Positions 25,718-34,155 of a DNA stretch of 39,245 bases are shown here, in pieces; the first letter of the stretch is position 1; each line of letters starts with the position of its first letter. Position numbers and translations under genes: made by a program. A model generated the notes under the pieces. It worked only from the letters and a program-made list of their open reading frames with translations. It ran no database searches and was not told the origin of the DNA. The DNA is from Terracidiphilus sp. (GTDB lineage Bacteria; Acidobacteriota; Terriglobia; Terriglobales; Acidobacteriaceae), in the NCBI GenBank assembly GCA_049690595.1, contig JBAVMZ010000015.1, positions 1 through 39,245 of the forward strand, read 5' to 3'.

Positions 25718-27922
25718 TTACGGCTTGAATTCCCCGGCGTTCTCCACGGCAAAGACCGCCTGCACGGGCAGGTTGTCGCTGGCGCCTCCGGCCATCACCC
25801 GCACCTGCTCCATCTCCACGCGCCATGCGTGGCGGATCGCGTCCCAGTAAGCCAGGTCGCGCGGCTTCAGTTCAAAGCTCACCGTCTGCTCCGCGCCCGC
25901 CGCGATGCGCACCCGCTCAAAGCCTTTCAACTCCAACCGCGGCCGGCCGACCGCCGAGCCCAGGTGCTGGACGTAAAGCTGGACGACCTCGTCGCCCGCG
26001 CGCGAGCCGGTGTTCTTCACCTTCACCACAGCCTGCACCGAGCCATCCGCCTTCGCCGTGGGCGCGCTCAGGGTGACTCCCTCGTAGGCAAAGCTGGTGT
26101 AGCTGAGCCCGTAACCGAAGGCGTAGAGCGGCTTGGCCGTCGAGTAGAGGTAGGTCCGGCCGTGGGTCAGGTCGTAGTCGAGAATCGGCAGAAGCTGCGC
26201 GTCGCCGGTGGGCCAGGTCTGGGTCAGCCGGCCGGCGGGCGAGTAGTCACCGAAGAGCACGTCGGCCAGACCGTGGCCCTCTTCCTGGCTGTTGTGCGTC
26301 ATGTGCACGATTGCCGGCAGATTCTGCTGGCTCCAGACGATGGCGTAAGGGAAGCTGGCGCGCAGCACCTCGATCGTCCTCGGATTGGCGGCAAAGATCT
26401 GCTGAACAAGCGCCTCCTGCTCCAGTTGGATGGTCTTGCGATCCACGTCCTCCTTGCCGTTCGAGGGCGTGGGGCACTGGTCCCAGCCGGCATTGCACTC
26501 CGGGTGGTTGCCCACCACCACCAGCGCCACGTCGGCCGCGCGGGCCAGGCTGAGGGCGTCAGCCACGTTCGACCCATCCGCATAGCTGACCGCGACACCC
26601 GGCCCGGCGGCCTCGCGCAGCCCGTCCAGAATGCTCACCGTGTAAGACGGCGTGCCGCTGTACCAATCCAGCAGAACGCGGTCGGCCCAGGGGCCGATGA
26701 CGGCAATCGATCGGATCTTCGTCCTGTCGAGCGGCAGTGCGTGGCCTTCGTTCTTGAGCAGGACGATCGACTCGTCGGTGGCCTGCCGGGCCAGCGCATG
26801 GCTCGCCGAGCGATCCCACGGCGCCAGGCCCCCGGTCTCGCGGCCGATCCCCGCATAGGGGTCCACGCCCGCCGGGTCCATCTCGCCCAGCCGGAGGTAG
26901 ACGCGCAGCAGGTTTTTGAGCGAGGCGTCCATGTCGCGCTCGGTCACCAGCCCGTCCGCCAGCGCCTTGCGCAGGTCTTCGATGTAGTTGTCGAGGAAGT
27001 GGTTGATGCCGGCCTTCACCGCCGCCGCCACGCCGTGCTCCTTGTCCGGGTAGCTCTTGTGCGAGGTGATCAGCAGGCCCAGCGCGCCGCCGTCCGAGCA
27101 GATCAACCCGTCGTTGCCCCACTCGCGGATCATCACGTCCTTGAGCACCGGGTGCACCAGCATCGGCGTGCCGTTCCAGGCGTTATAGGACGCCATCACC
27201 GCCCGCGATCCGCCCTGCTCGAAGCCCATGCGGAAGGGCACGGAGTAATATTCGCGGAAGAGCCGCTCGCCGAAGTTCGACGAGGTGTAGGTGCGCCCGT
27301 CCTCGTTCTCGTTGGCCAGGAAGTGCTTCATCAGCGAGGCGGCCTGCCAGTGCTTCGGGTCCGGTCCCTGCAAGCCCTGCGCGAAGGCCACCGTCAAGGT
27401 GCCCACCAGGAACGGGTCTTCGCCGTAGGACTCCTCGGTGCGGCCCCAGCGCGGGTCGCGGCTCAGGTCGGCGTTGGGCGCCCGCACCACCACCCCGCCG
27501 CGATTGAGCACCGGATTCTGGTAGTCGTAGCGCGCCTCGTAGCCCTCGAGCGCGGCGATCTTCTTGAGCAGTTCAGGGTCCCAGGTCTGGCCCAGACCTT
27601 TTTCCTGGGGGAAGATGGTCGTCGGCAGCGCCGGCTTGCCATGCCCGCCCCACTCGGCCGGCCCGCCCAGCGCCAGCCCGTGTAGACCCTCCACCTGGCC
27701 GGAGAAGACCAGCCCGAGGCGGGGAAAGCTCGGGTGGTCGCTCATCAGCAGGACCTTTTCGTCGAGCGACAGCCGCCGGAGCAGGTCGGCGATACGCTGG
27801 TCCTCGGGCAGGGCCGGGTTGCGGAAGGGAAAATCCGGCTGACACCAGCCCACGCGGGCCGCCCCCGCCAACAAAAGGATCGCCAGACACGTCACCCAGC
27901 CACGCCGTTCACACAGAACCAT
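25718..27922 (-). CDS. Secreted glycoside hydrolase family 3 (beta-glucosidase/xylosidase)
   Basis: EGLHG, RDPRWGRTEESYGEDP, KHF, SYN, SDG nucleophile, ESIVLLKN, YAFGYGLSYT, Fn3 tail (GDEVVQLY, ELKGFER). GAGGAGG RBS before ATG 27922. Confidence 0.93.
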   Translation of the reverse strand: MVLCERRGWVTCLAILLLAGAARVGWCQPDFPFRNPALPEDQRIADLLRRLSLDEKVLLMSDHPSFPRLGLVFSGQVEGLHGLALGGPAEWGGHGKPALPTTIFPQEKGLGQTWDPELLKKIAALEGYEARYDYQNPVLNRGGVVVRAPNADLSRDPRWGRTEESYGEDPFLVGTLTVAFAQGLQGPDPKHWQAASLMKHFLANENEDGRTYTSSNFGERLFREYYSVPFRMGFEQGGSRAVMASYNAWNGTPMLVHPVLKDVMIREWGNDGLICSDGGALGLLITSHKSYPDKEHGVAAAVKAGINHFLDNYIEDLRKALADGLVTERDMDASLKNLLRVYLRLGEMDPAGVDPYAGIGRETGGLAPWDRSASHALARQATDESIVLLKNEGHALPLDRTKIRSIAVIGPWADRVLLDWYSGTPSYTVSILDGLREAAGPGVAVSYADGSNVADALSLARAADVALVVVGNHPECNAGWDQCPTPSNGKEDVDRKTIQLEQEALVQQIFAANPRTIEVLRASFPYAIVWSQQNLPAIVHMTHNSQEEGHGLADVLFGDYSPAGRLTQTWPTGDAQLLPILDYDLTHGRTYLYSTAKPLYAFGYGLSYTSFAYEGVTLSAPTAKADGSVQAVVKVKNTGSRAGDEVVQLYVQHLGSAVGRPRLELKGFERVRIAAGAEQTVSFELKPRDLAYWDAIRHAWRVEMEQVRVMAGGASDNLPVQAVFAVENAGEFKP

Positions 27923-28089
27923 CGCCGTCCTCCTCGCTTTCCGAGACAAGCGAAGATTACCACACTGGTGCTGGCCGCACACTGGAATAAATCGTTTAAG
28001 CTGGCCAGATGCGCACGATCTCTGGCCCAGGACAGCTCCCGCCCTGCCGGAGCCCCGGATACGCGCGCCCCAGGCGTTCAAGAAACCGA

Positions 28090-28145
28090 TGGACCCTCTT
28101 GCAGCCTGGGAGTAGAATCGACAGTGTCCGGCAGTTTACCGTACA
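28090..28145 (+). promoter_or_regulatory. Putative sigma70 promoter and operator of the TA operon
   Basis: TGGACC (28090) - 17 bp - TAGAAT (28113); imperfect palindrome TGTCCGGCAGTTTACCGTACA at 28125-28145 over the presumed start site. Confidence 0.55.
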
Positions 28146-28163
28146 GAAGGAGTGACCGCTTCC

Positions 28164-28442
28164 ATGCCCGCCACGCTGAGGACCGAACGCACGGAAGCTC
28201 GCCTGCTCCCCGAGCAGAAGGCGCGCATCGAGCTGGCCGCCCGCCTGCGCGGCCTTTCGCTTTCGGATTTCATGGTGCAGCACGCCGACGAGGCTGCCGT
28301 TCGCACCATCGAGCAGCAGACCGCCTGGACTCTGGCGGCTGCCGATCGGGACGCGTTCGTCGGCGCCCTGATGGATCCGCCGGCGCCGAGCGCCCGCCTG
28401 AAGGCCGCGGCGCGCCGCTACAAGGCCCGCACCACGCGCTGA
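28164..28442 (+). CDS. DUF1778 (TacA-type RHH) antitoxin
   Basis: RTERTEARLLPEQKARIELAA..RGLSLSDFM...AFVGALMDPPAPSARLKAAARRY; stop overlaps the toxin ATG. Confidence 0.9.
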   Translation: MPATLRTERTEARLLPEQKARIELAARLRGLSLSDFMVQHADEAAVRTIEQQTAWTLAAADRDAFVGALMDPPAPSARLKAAARRYKARTTR

Positions 28443-28951
28443 TGCCGCTCACGTCCGCCGGTTTCCGCATCGAGTCGCTCGGCCCGCGACACGAACGCGC
28501 GGCATTCCGTTGCGGCCTGCCCGCCCTCGACCAGTACCTAGAGCGTCAGGCGAGCCAGGACCTGAAGCGGCGCCTGGCGGCGGTCTTCGTGCTCACCCAG
28601 GACGGGACCACAGTCACCGGCTTTTACACGCTCTCAGCCCATTCCATCCTGGCCGCCGACCTGCCGGCCGAGCAGGCCCGCAAGCTGCCCCGCTTTCCGC
28701 TGCCGGTCACGCTCCTCGGCCGCATGGCCGTCGATCTCTCCGTGCAGGGCCGGCGGCTGGGCGAGTTTCTTCTCCTCGACGCGCTTCACCGTTCCCTGCT
28801 CGGCTCGCGACAGGTTGCCTCGTACGCGGTGATCGTGGATTCGAAGCCCGAAGCGCGCGCCTTCTATCTCAAGCACGACTTCCTGCCGCTCGTCACGCGG
28901 CCGGAGCGCTTGTTTCTGCCCATGAGGACAATCGAGCAACTCTTTCCCTGA
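28442..28951 (+). CDS. GNAT acetyltransferase toxin (TacT/AtaT-type)
   Basis: HERAAFRCGLPALDQYL, GFYTLS, LLGRMAVD..VQGRRLGEFLL.DAL, VIVDS...FYLKHDF; TGATG coupling to the antitoxin. Confidence 0.9.
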   Translation: MPLTSAGFRIESLGPRHERAAFRCGLPALDQYLERQASQDLKRRLAAVFVLTQDGTTVTGFYTLSAHSILAADLPAEQARKLPRFPLPVTLLGRMAVDLSVQGRRLGEFLLLDALHRSLLGSRQVASYAVIVDSKPEARAFYLKHDFLPLVTRPERLFLPMRTIEQLFP

Positions 28952-28959
28952 CCCAGGTC

Positions 28960-29076
28960 TATACCGGTTCCAGAATAGCTGTACCCCGGAAGCGATGGAC
29001 TCCAGTGGCATCTTCCTCAAGAAAATGCCACCTTGCACCATGCCAGCCAGGGCACGGGAATTCTGGAACCGGTCTA
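28960..29076 (+). mobile_element. MITE copy 4
   Basis: TA-TACCGGTTCCAGAAT...ATTCTGGAACCGGTC-TA; nearly identical to 3073-3189. Confidence 0.88.
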
Positions 29077-29083
29077 AGCGAAA

Positions 29084-29106
29084 GGGCCGGGCAATATGCC
29101 CGGCCC
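29084..29106 (-). terminator. Intrinsic terminator of tonB
   Basis: GGGCCGGGCA-ATA-TGCCCGGCCC 10-bp stem 20 nt after the tonB stop, followed by TTTCGCTT on the minus strand. Confidence 0.6.
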
Positions 29107-29126
29107 CCGCGAACCTTCCCGTCCGA

Positions 29127-30140
29127 TCAGTACAGCCGGAAGTTGATCTCGATGTTCAGAGAAACGGCCACCGGCGTCTTGCCATCCCTCAGCGCCGGCT
29201 TGAAGCGGTACTGCTTGACCGCCTCGATGGCCTTCTCGTCCAGGCCCATGCCCAGCGCGCGCACCACGTGCACGTTCTGCGGGTTGCCCTGCGCGTCCAC
29301 GATCAGCGAGACGATGCAGACGCCCTGGTACTTGGCCCGGCGCGCCTCGTCGCTGAACTCCGGGTCCACCTGGTGAATCGGAATCGGCGAGGAGATGTTG
29401 CCGCCGATGCGGTAGACGCCGCCGCCGGTGCCGCCGCCGTAGCCCGGCCCGTAGCCATTGCCCGTGCCCGAGCCGATGCCGCCGCCGTAGCCGGTGCCGA
29501 TGCCGCCGCCGCCGCCCTGGCCGTTCGAAGCCAGCTTCACGTTCACGGAGCTCTTCACGCCGAGGTTGGTCATCGACGGGTTATCCGGCAGAGTGATGTT
29601 CTGCTGAACGTTGATGGCCGCGTCCATGGGCAGGATGGGATGGTCCACCGTCTGCACCTGAGGCGGCAGAGGCGGATCCTTCTCAATCTTGGGCAGTTTG
29701 CCCTTGGTGGGGTCGATGAGGCTGTGGTCGCCGCCGCCGCCGCCGCCGCCCGCTTTTTGCGCGGCATTCGGCGCCTTGAACTCGCCCACATCGACCATGT
29801 TGGTCTGCAGCGTCTGCGGCGCAAGCTGCTTGATCACCTGCCGGCCGACCACAAAGAGCGCTATCGCCAGAAGCGCGCCGTTGACCACCGTCGAGATGCC
29901 GACCGCCCAGGGGTTGGTCTTCACCGCCATCCGATCGGGTACCGGAATCGGCGTAGAGGTCAGCTCCAGCGGCGGCAGCTTGGGGGGGAAGAAAACGTCG
30001 CGGATGCTCTCGTAAAGGCCCACCCAGATGGGCTTCTCCTCGAAGGCGCGGCCCAGAAAGGCGTCCATTTCATGGCCACCGGCGAGCGCCACCGCGCCCT
30101 CCGACTCCGAATTGGTCTCGATAAGTAGTTGATTTGCCAT
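29127..30140 (-). CDS. tonB: Energy transducer TonB
   Basis: Single TM helix, Pro/Gly-rich linker, C-terminal DPEFSDEARRAKYQG.C.VSLIVD..G.P..V.VVR.LGMGLDEKAIEAVKQYRFKPA. Start MANQLL chosen (uncertain). Confidence 0.9.
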   Translation of the reverse strand: MANQLLIETNSESEGAVALAGGHEMDAFLGRAFEEKPIWVGLYESIRDVFFPPKLPPLELTSTPIPVPDRMAVKTNPWAVGISTVVNGALLAIALFVVGRQVIKQLAPQTLQTNMVDVGEFKAPNAAQKAGGGGGGGDHSLIDPTKGKLPKIEKDPPLPPQVQTVDHPILPMDAAINVQQNITLPDNPSMTNLGVKSSVNVKLASNGQGGGGGIGTGYGGGIGSGTGNGYGPGYGGGTGGGVYRIGGNISSPIPIHQVDPEFSDEARRAKYQGVCIVSLIVDAQGNPQNVHVVRALGMGLDEKAIEAVKQYRFKPALRDGKTPVAVSLNIEINFRLY

Positions 30141-30457
30141 GGTTGCTGCAGGCTCTTCTGTTCCGGGGAGGCCGGCGTTTGCATTCAGCTTGCGGTTTCC
30201 CGCCTCGGGGCCCATTGTTTCATTATGCGCGACCGCGCCCGTCCTTGTCTCGCTCTGGATCTCGCTCCGGGTTTCGCTCCCGGCATCGCCCTCACCCGGA
30301 CGGCGCCGTGGATCGTTCTCCAGACTCCCATAGTTGGGCACGGCCAGGATTCCCATAAACAATAGACGACCCGGCCGCGAACTCGTTACCGAGAATTTCA
30401 CGCTTCCCCCGGTTACACTAAAAGGTGAACCAGACCCAAGGAAATCACGGAGAGCGA

Positions 30458-33403
30458 ATGTCCGCAGCGCCGGAGCTCAAGGCGACCCTCACCCTGCCGC
30501 AAACCGCCTTCCCCATGAAGGCCAACCTGCCGCACAACGAGCCCCTGCGCCTCCAGCGCTGGGCCTCGAACCGGCTCTACGAGGAGCTGCGCAAGGCCGG
30601 CCTCGGCCGCCCCGTCTACCTCCTCCACGACGGCCCGCCCTACGCCAACGGTGCCATTCACCTGGGCCACGCCCTCAACAAGGGCCTCAAGGACTTCGTC
30701 GTCAAGTCGAAGACCATGGCCGGCTTCGATGCCCCCTACGTCCCCGGCTTCGACTGCCACGGCCTGCCGATCGAAATCAAGGTGGACGAGCACCTGGGCC
30801 GCAAGAAGCTGGAGATGCCCGTCCCCGCCGTCCTGGAGGCCTGCCGCGCCTACGCCCAGAAGTACGTCGAGCTGCAAACCTCGCAGTTTGAGCGGATTGG
30901 CGTCTTCGGCCGCTGGCAGAAGCCCTACCTGACCATGGCCCGCGACTACGAGGCGCGGACACTCGAGGCATTTTACGGCTTCTTCGAAAAGGGCTTTGTC
31001 TATCGCGGCCTCAAGCCGGTCTACTGGTGCATCCACGACCGCACCGCCCTGGCCGAAGCCGAGGTGGAGTACGCCCAGCACACCAGCCCGTCGGTCTACG
31101 TGCGCTACCGGCTGACCTCGGAGGCTGCCTCGCTCTCGCCCGCGCTGGCCGGCAAAGAGGTCTGGACCATCATCTGGACCACCACCCCGTGGACCCTGCC
31201 CGCGTCGATGGCCGTCGCCTTCCACCCGGAGTTCGATTACGCCGCACTGGCCGCGGGCGAAGGGGCGGACGCCCCCGTCTACATCGTCGCCGCCGAGCTG
31301 GCCGCCCAGGTGGCCCAGGCCTGCGACTTCGGCCCCACCCGCGAACTGGCCCGCTTCAAGGGCGCCGCGCTGGACCGCGCCATCTTCCAGCATCCGTTCC
31401 TCAACCGTCCCATCCTGGGCGTCAACGCCGAGTACGTCACCGCCGACACAGGCACCGGCGCCGTCCACACCGCGCCCTCGCACGGCGCAGACGATTTCTA
31501 CACCGGCGAGCGTTACGGCCTGGACCCGAGCTGCCGCGTCGACTCCTGGGGCCACATCCACGTGGACGAGGCGGCTTGGCCCGGCCCAGAGCCCGCCCCC
31601 TTCGACGGCAAAAAGGTCTTCGCCGCCAACCCGCTCATCGTCGAACTGCTCCGCTCGAACGGCTCCCTGCTGGCCTCGGCGCCCCTGGAGCACTCCTACC
31701 CCCACTGCTGGCGCTGCCACCACCCGGTGATCTTCCGTGCCACCGAGCAATGGTTCATCAAAATGGACACGCCGGTCCAGAACGAGGAAAAGACCTTCCG
31801 CCAATTGGCCATCGAGGAGATCGACCGCGTAGTCTGGGACCCGGCCTGGGGCAAGGAGCGCATCACCAACATGATTGCGACCCGCCCCGATTGGTGCATC
31901 TCGCGCCAGCGCATCTGGGGCGTGCCCATCGCCGTCTTCCTCTGCGAGAAGTGCAATCAGCCGATCGAGGATCCCGCGCTCAACCGTTCGATCGTCGAGC
32001 TCTTCGAACGCGAGGGCGTGGAGAGCTGGCACACCACCGAAATCGCCACCCTGATGGGCGGCCCGCGCACCTGTGCCCATTGCGGCTCGACCGAGTTCCG
32101 CAAGGAGACCGACATCCTCGACGTCTGGTTCGACTCCGGCGTCAGTTGGTACGCGGTCTGCGAGAGCGACCCCGAACTGAAGGCGGCATACACCAGCTTC
32201 CAGGAAGGCAAGGGCACGACCTGCCTCTACCTCGAAGGCGGCGACCAGCACCGCGGCTGGTTCCACTCCTCGCTGCTCACCTCGGTGGCCCTGCGCGGCC
32301 GCGCCCCTTACGCGCACGTGGCCACGGCCGGCTTCACGCTCGACGAGCAGGGCCGCGCCATGTCGAAGTCCCTGGGCAACGGCGTCGACCCGGTCGATAT
32401 CGCCAACCGCATGGGCGGCGAGATCGTCCGCCTGTGGGTCGCCTCGATTGATTTCAGAGAAGACATGGCCGCCAGCGAGAACCTGATGGCCCGCTGCGCC
32501 GAGATCTACAAGAAGCTGCGCAACACCTTCCGCTTCCTGCTGGGCAACCTCTCTGGATTCAACCCGGAAACCGACAGGGTGGAAGAGCGCGAGCTCCTGC
32601 CGCTGGACCGCTACATGCTGGCGCGAACCCGCGAGCTGACCGAGAAGCTGCTCGCCTGGTACGAGGCCTTCGAGTTCCACCGCGTCTACCACGCCGTCAA
32701 CGAGTTCGCCATCGTGGACCTGAGCGCCTTCTACCTCGACGTGCTCAAGGACCGCATGTACACCTTCGCGCCCACCAGCCAGGCGCGCCGCAGCGCCCAG
32801 ACCGTCCTCTGGCAGATCGCCGAGACCCTGGTCCGCCTCGTCGCCCCCATCCTCACCTTCACCTCGGACGAGGTCTGGGAGTACCTGCCCAAGGTCGAAG
32901 GACGGCCGGCGAGCGTCCATCTCGCCCTCTTCCCCAAGCCCGAAGAGGTCTTCTCCGGCGATGTTCAATCGACACTCGGCGAATGGAAACAGTTGAGGGC
33001 TGTTCGTGACGATGCTATGAAGGCCTTGGAAGATGCTCGTCAAAAGAAGGTGATCGGAAAAGGGCTGGATGCGAGGGTACTTATTGTCTGTAACGATGAA
33101 GTAAGGGACCTCTTGGAGCGGAATAACTCCAGCCTCAAGGAGTTCTTCAACGTCTCCGATGTCGAGCTATTGTCGAGCTTCACGGATCAGAAAGCGCCCC
33201 CGCCTTTTCCTGTCCATGTGCCTCAAGGAAACAATATCCGCATCGTAATCGAACTAGCCTCCGGCACCAAGTGCGCCCGCTGCTGGAACTACATGCCCGA
33301 GGTGGCCAATTACGGCATCTGGGAGAACGTCTGCACCCGCTGCGCGGACGCTCTGAAGGAGATGCACATCGATCCGCCGCAAGCCACGGAGGCGGCCCAG
33401 TGA
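30458..33403 (+). CDS. ileS: Isoleucine--tRNA ligase (type 1, C-terminal zinc finger)
   Basis: HDGPPYANG.IHLGH (HIGH), WTTTPWTL, GTGAVH, WCISRQR, EGGDQHRGWF, AMSKS (KMSKS), CARCW...CTRC. Confidence 0.97.
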   Translation: MSAAPELKATLTLPQTAFPMKANLPHNEPLRLQRWASNRLYEELRKAGLGRPVYLLHDGPPYANGAIHLGHALNKGLKDFVVKSKTMAGFDAPYVPGFDCHGLPIEIKVDEHLGRKKLEMPVPAVLEACRAYAQKYVELQTSQFERIGVFGRWQKPYLTMARDYEARTLEAFYGFFEKGFVYRGLKPVYWCIHDRTALAEAEVEYAQHTSPSVYVRYRLTSEAASLSPALAGKEVWTIIWTTTPWTLPASMAVAFHPEFDYAALAAGEGADAPVYIVAAELAAQVAQACDFGPTRELARFKGAALDRAIFQHPFLNRPILGVNAEYVTADTGTGAVHTAPSHGADDFYTGERYGLDPSCRVDSWGHIHVDEAAWPGPEPAPFDGKKVFAANPLIVELLRSNGSLLASAPLEHSYPHCWRCHHPVIFRATEQWFIKMDTPVQNEEKTFRQLAIEEIDRVVWDPAWGKERITNMIATRPDWCISRQRIWGVPIAVFLCEKCNQPIEDPALNRSIVELFEREGVESWHTTEIATLMGGPRTCAHCGSTEFRKETDILDVWFDSGVSWYAVCESDPELKAAYTSFQEGKGTTCLYLEGGDQHRGWFHSSLLTSVALRGRAPYAHVATAGFTLDEQGRAMSKSLGNGVDPVDIANRMGGEIVRLWVASIDFREDMAASENLMARCAEIYKKLRNTFRFLLGNLSGFNPETDRVEERELLPLDRYMLARTRELTEKLLAWYEAFEFHRVYHAVNEFAIVDLSAFYLDVLKDRMYTFAPTSQARRSAQTVLWQIAETLVRLVAPILTFTSDEVWEYLPKVEGRPASVHLALFPKPEEVFSGDVQSTLGEWKQLRAVRDDAMKALEDARQKKVIGKGLDARVLIVCNDEVRDLLERNNSSLKEFFNVSDVELLSSFTDQKAPPPFPVHVPQGNNIRIVIELASGTKCARCWNYMPEVANYGIWENVCTRCADALKEMHIDPPQATEAAQ

Positions 33404-33540
33404 GCCACGCAGTCCCGTGCCCCATCCTTTTCCGCGCTTTCTGCGGAAAAGGGTGGGAAGGCAAAACCCTCCCCCAGCCCCGAAAACTACGGACTATGAA
33501 CCACGAACTACGAACTGCATCACCGGAGGCCGCGCAGTGA
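33400..33540 (+). other. Repeat-derived 46-codon ORF bridging ileS stop and lspA start
   Basis: GTG overlaps the ileS TGA; its TGA overlaps the lspA GTG. Contains a GTGCCCC hairpin (33415-33458) and 7-mer repeats AACTACG-like x5 (33485-33519). Confidence 0.55.
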
Positions 33541-34061
33541 TCTCGTTCGCTCCCCGCCGCCTCCCCTGGCTCCTGCTCCTCTCGGCAGTCGTTATCTTCC
33601 TTGACCGCGAGACCAAGAACTGGGTCTCCGCCAAGATCCCGCTGGGCGGCGGCATTTCGGTCATCCCCGGCGTTCTGCGCATTTCGCACTGGCTGAACGA
33701 AGGCGCGGCGTTCTCGCTCTTCGCCGACTCCGCCTCCCCGCACACGGTCCGCTGGGCGCTGACGGCCTTCTCGCTCGCGGCCGCGGCGGCGGTGCTGGTG
33801 GTCCTGGTGAGGCTGGGCGAGCGCTTCACGCTCACCACCATCGCGCTCTCGCTGGTGCTGGCCGGCGCGCTGGGCAACGTCCACGACCGCATCGCCTACG
33901 GTTCGGTCGTCGACTTCATCGAGGTGCACATCTTCAGCTATCACTTCCCGGACTTCAACGTGGCCGACTCGTCTATCGTCACCGGCGCCTGCCTGCTGCT
34001 GCTGGATGCGGTGCTGCCGAAGCCCGGCGAAGCGGAACCCTCCGAAGGCCAGGCTGGCTGA
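33537..34061 (+). CDS. lspA: Lipoprotein signal peptidase II
   Basis: DRETK, NEGAAFS, GALGNVHDRI..GSVVDFI, FNVADSSI; GGAGG RBS; classic position after ileS. Confidence 0.95.
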   Translation: MISFAPRRLPWLLLLSAVVIFLDRETKNWVSAKIPLGGGISVIPGVLRISHWLNEGAAFSLFADSASPHTVRWALTAFSLAAAAAVLVVLVRLGERFTLTTIALSLVLAGALGNVHDRIAYGSVVDFIEVHIFSYHFPDFNVADSSIVTGACLLLLDAVLPKPGEAEPSEGQAG

Positions 34062-34155
34062 GGGCGGCGCGACAGGCTCTCTCCGCCCCCCGCCCGGCGC
34101 TCGCCTACAATAGAGCGTTACGTTCGATTCGCCTGATCCCGGAGAGAGCCGTCTC

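Noticed and set aside
27734..28441. 405-aa ORF 27734-28951 as an extended toxin
   Set aside because: The upstream part overlaps GH3 and the antitoxin; the GNAT domain begins at the coupled ATG 28442.
3073..29076. 117-bp hairpin elements as integron attC sites
   Set aside because: No RYYYAAC/GTTRRRY ends and no integrase. The empty site shows TA duplication, which fits a MITE.
29410..29760. GCC/CCG-rich tandem repeats as a separate repeat element
   Set aside because: They encode the Gly-rich linker of TonB.
30141..30457. T-box leader upstream of ileS
   Set aside because: No T-box consensus or terminator/antiterminator seen; the region is a divergent tonB/ileS promoter interval.
32961..33260. 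Intein or diversity-generating retroelement variable region in ileS
   Set aside because: No intein C/S...HN termini and the segment still reads as IleRS. No template repeat or reverse transcriptase is in the window.
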